Assembly: GCA_030704615.1 (NCBI GenBank)
Contig: CM060733.1
Location: 37,820,001-37,884,000, forward strand
Reading direction: 5' to 3'
From: Takakia lepidozioides
Taxonomy: Eukaryota; Plantae; Bryophyta
DNA: 64,000 nt
Program-made: the position numbers and the translations under genes
Shown: positions 63,602 to 64,000 of the stretch, in pieces
Layout of the letters: the number at the start of each line of letters is the position of its first letter
Numbering within the stretch: the stretch's first letter is position 1
The notes under the pieces: generated by a model
The model's input: the letters and a program-made list of their open reading frames with translations, nothing else
Databases searched by the model: none
What the model was told of the DNA's origin: nothing

Positions 63602-64000
63602 CTCCGCAGCCCTGTGTTGTCTCTCTCCTCTACAAGCTTGTGGGTCTGTTGAATCCTACACTAACAAGTCCTTCCTTTGTGAGTCTGTCTGATCTCGTCC
63701 TGCAACACCGCAGCCGCAGCTTTGCTCCTTGTCTGTAACCGCCGCTCTCTTTCTTGCGAGAAAGACAGGCAGTTCATGTCTCATCCACTACATCTCCCCG
63801 AAATTCATCCAAATCATCGAAAAGGCCACCTCAGGACACTGGATGAAGAACGAAGTCTGTAGAACGCTGAACGTTGGAAGGATGATAAATGTAATGAATG
63901 CAATGGGTTGGGAGAGTCATCCATGGCTCTGCTCGCCCTCTTCTTCTTCTTCTTCTTCCTTCACTGCTCGTCTGTACTGACGCTCCGAGAGTGAGTATGG

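Overview
Eukaryotic nuclear DNA from a land plant, probably a seed-free lineage such as a moss or other bryophyte (inferred from the PLS-DYW PPR style, the MAPLKA-type SOD start and RTE-X-like LINEs). Apparently intact genes are GDP-mannose 3',5'-epimerase (GME), an intronless histone H3, leucine carboxyl methyltransferase (LCMT1), COX5C, a 2OG-Fe(II) oxygenase-like gene, mitochondrial ATP synthase subunit f and a PLS-DYW PPR editing factor. Broken gene copies include F-box, Nod19-like, SDR, BTB, Cu/Zn-SOD, an LRR-RLK N-terminus, RPN11 and a second COX5C exon 1. Main finding: one Copia element appears split into two oppositely oriented halves about 35 kb apart (5' half at ~26.1-28.4 kb on minus, 3' half at ~62.06-63.28 kb on plus), and both halves carry the same 5-bp target-site duplication (TSD), AAGAG. 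This implies a ~36-kb inversion, and undoing it places the two COX5C paralogues in tandem. Second finding: an RTE-X-like LINE family with a hairpin-rich, non-poly(A) 3' tail occurs 7 times, mostly in introns and at TCT-starting pyrimidine-rich targets, including one copy inserted antisense into a near-full-length copy of itself. All exon and repeat boundaries were read by eye.
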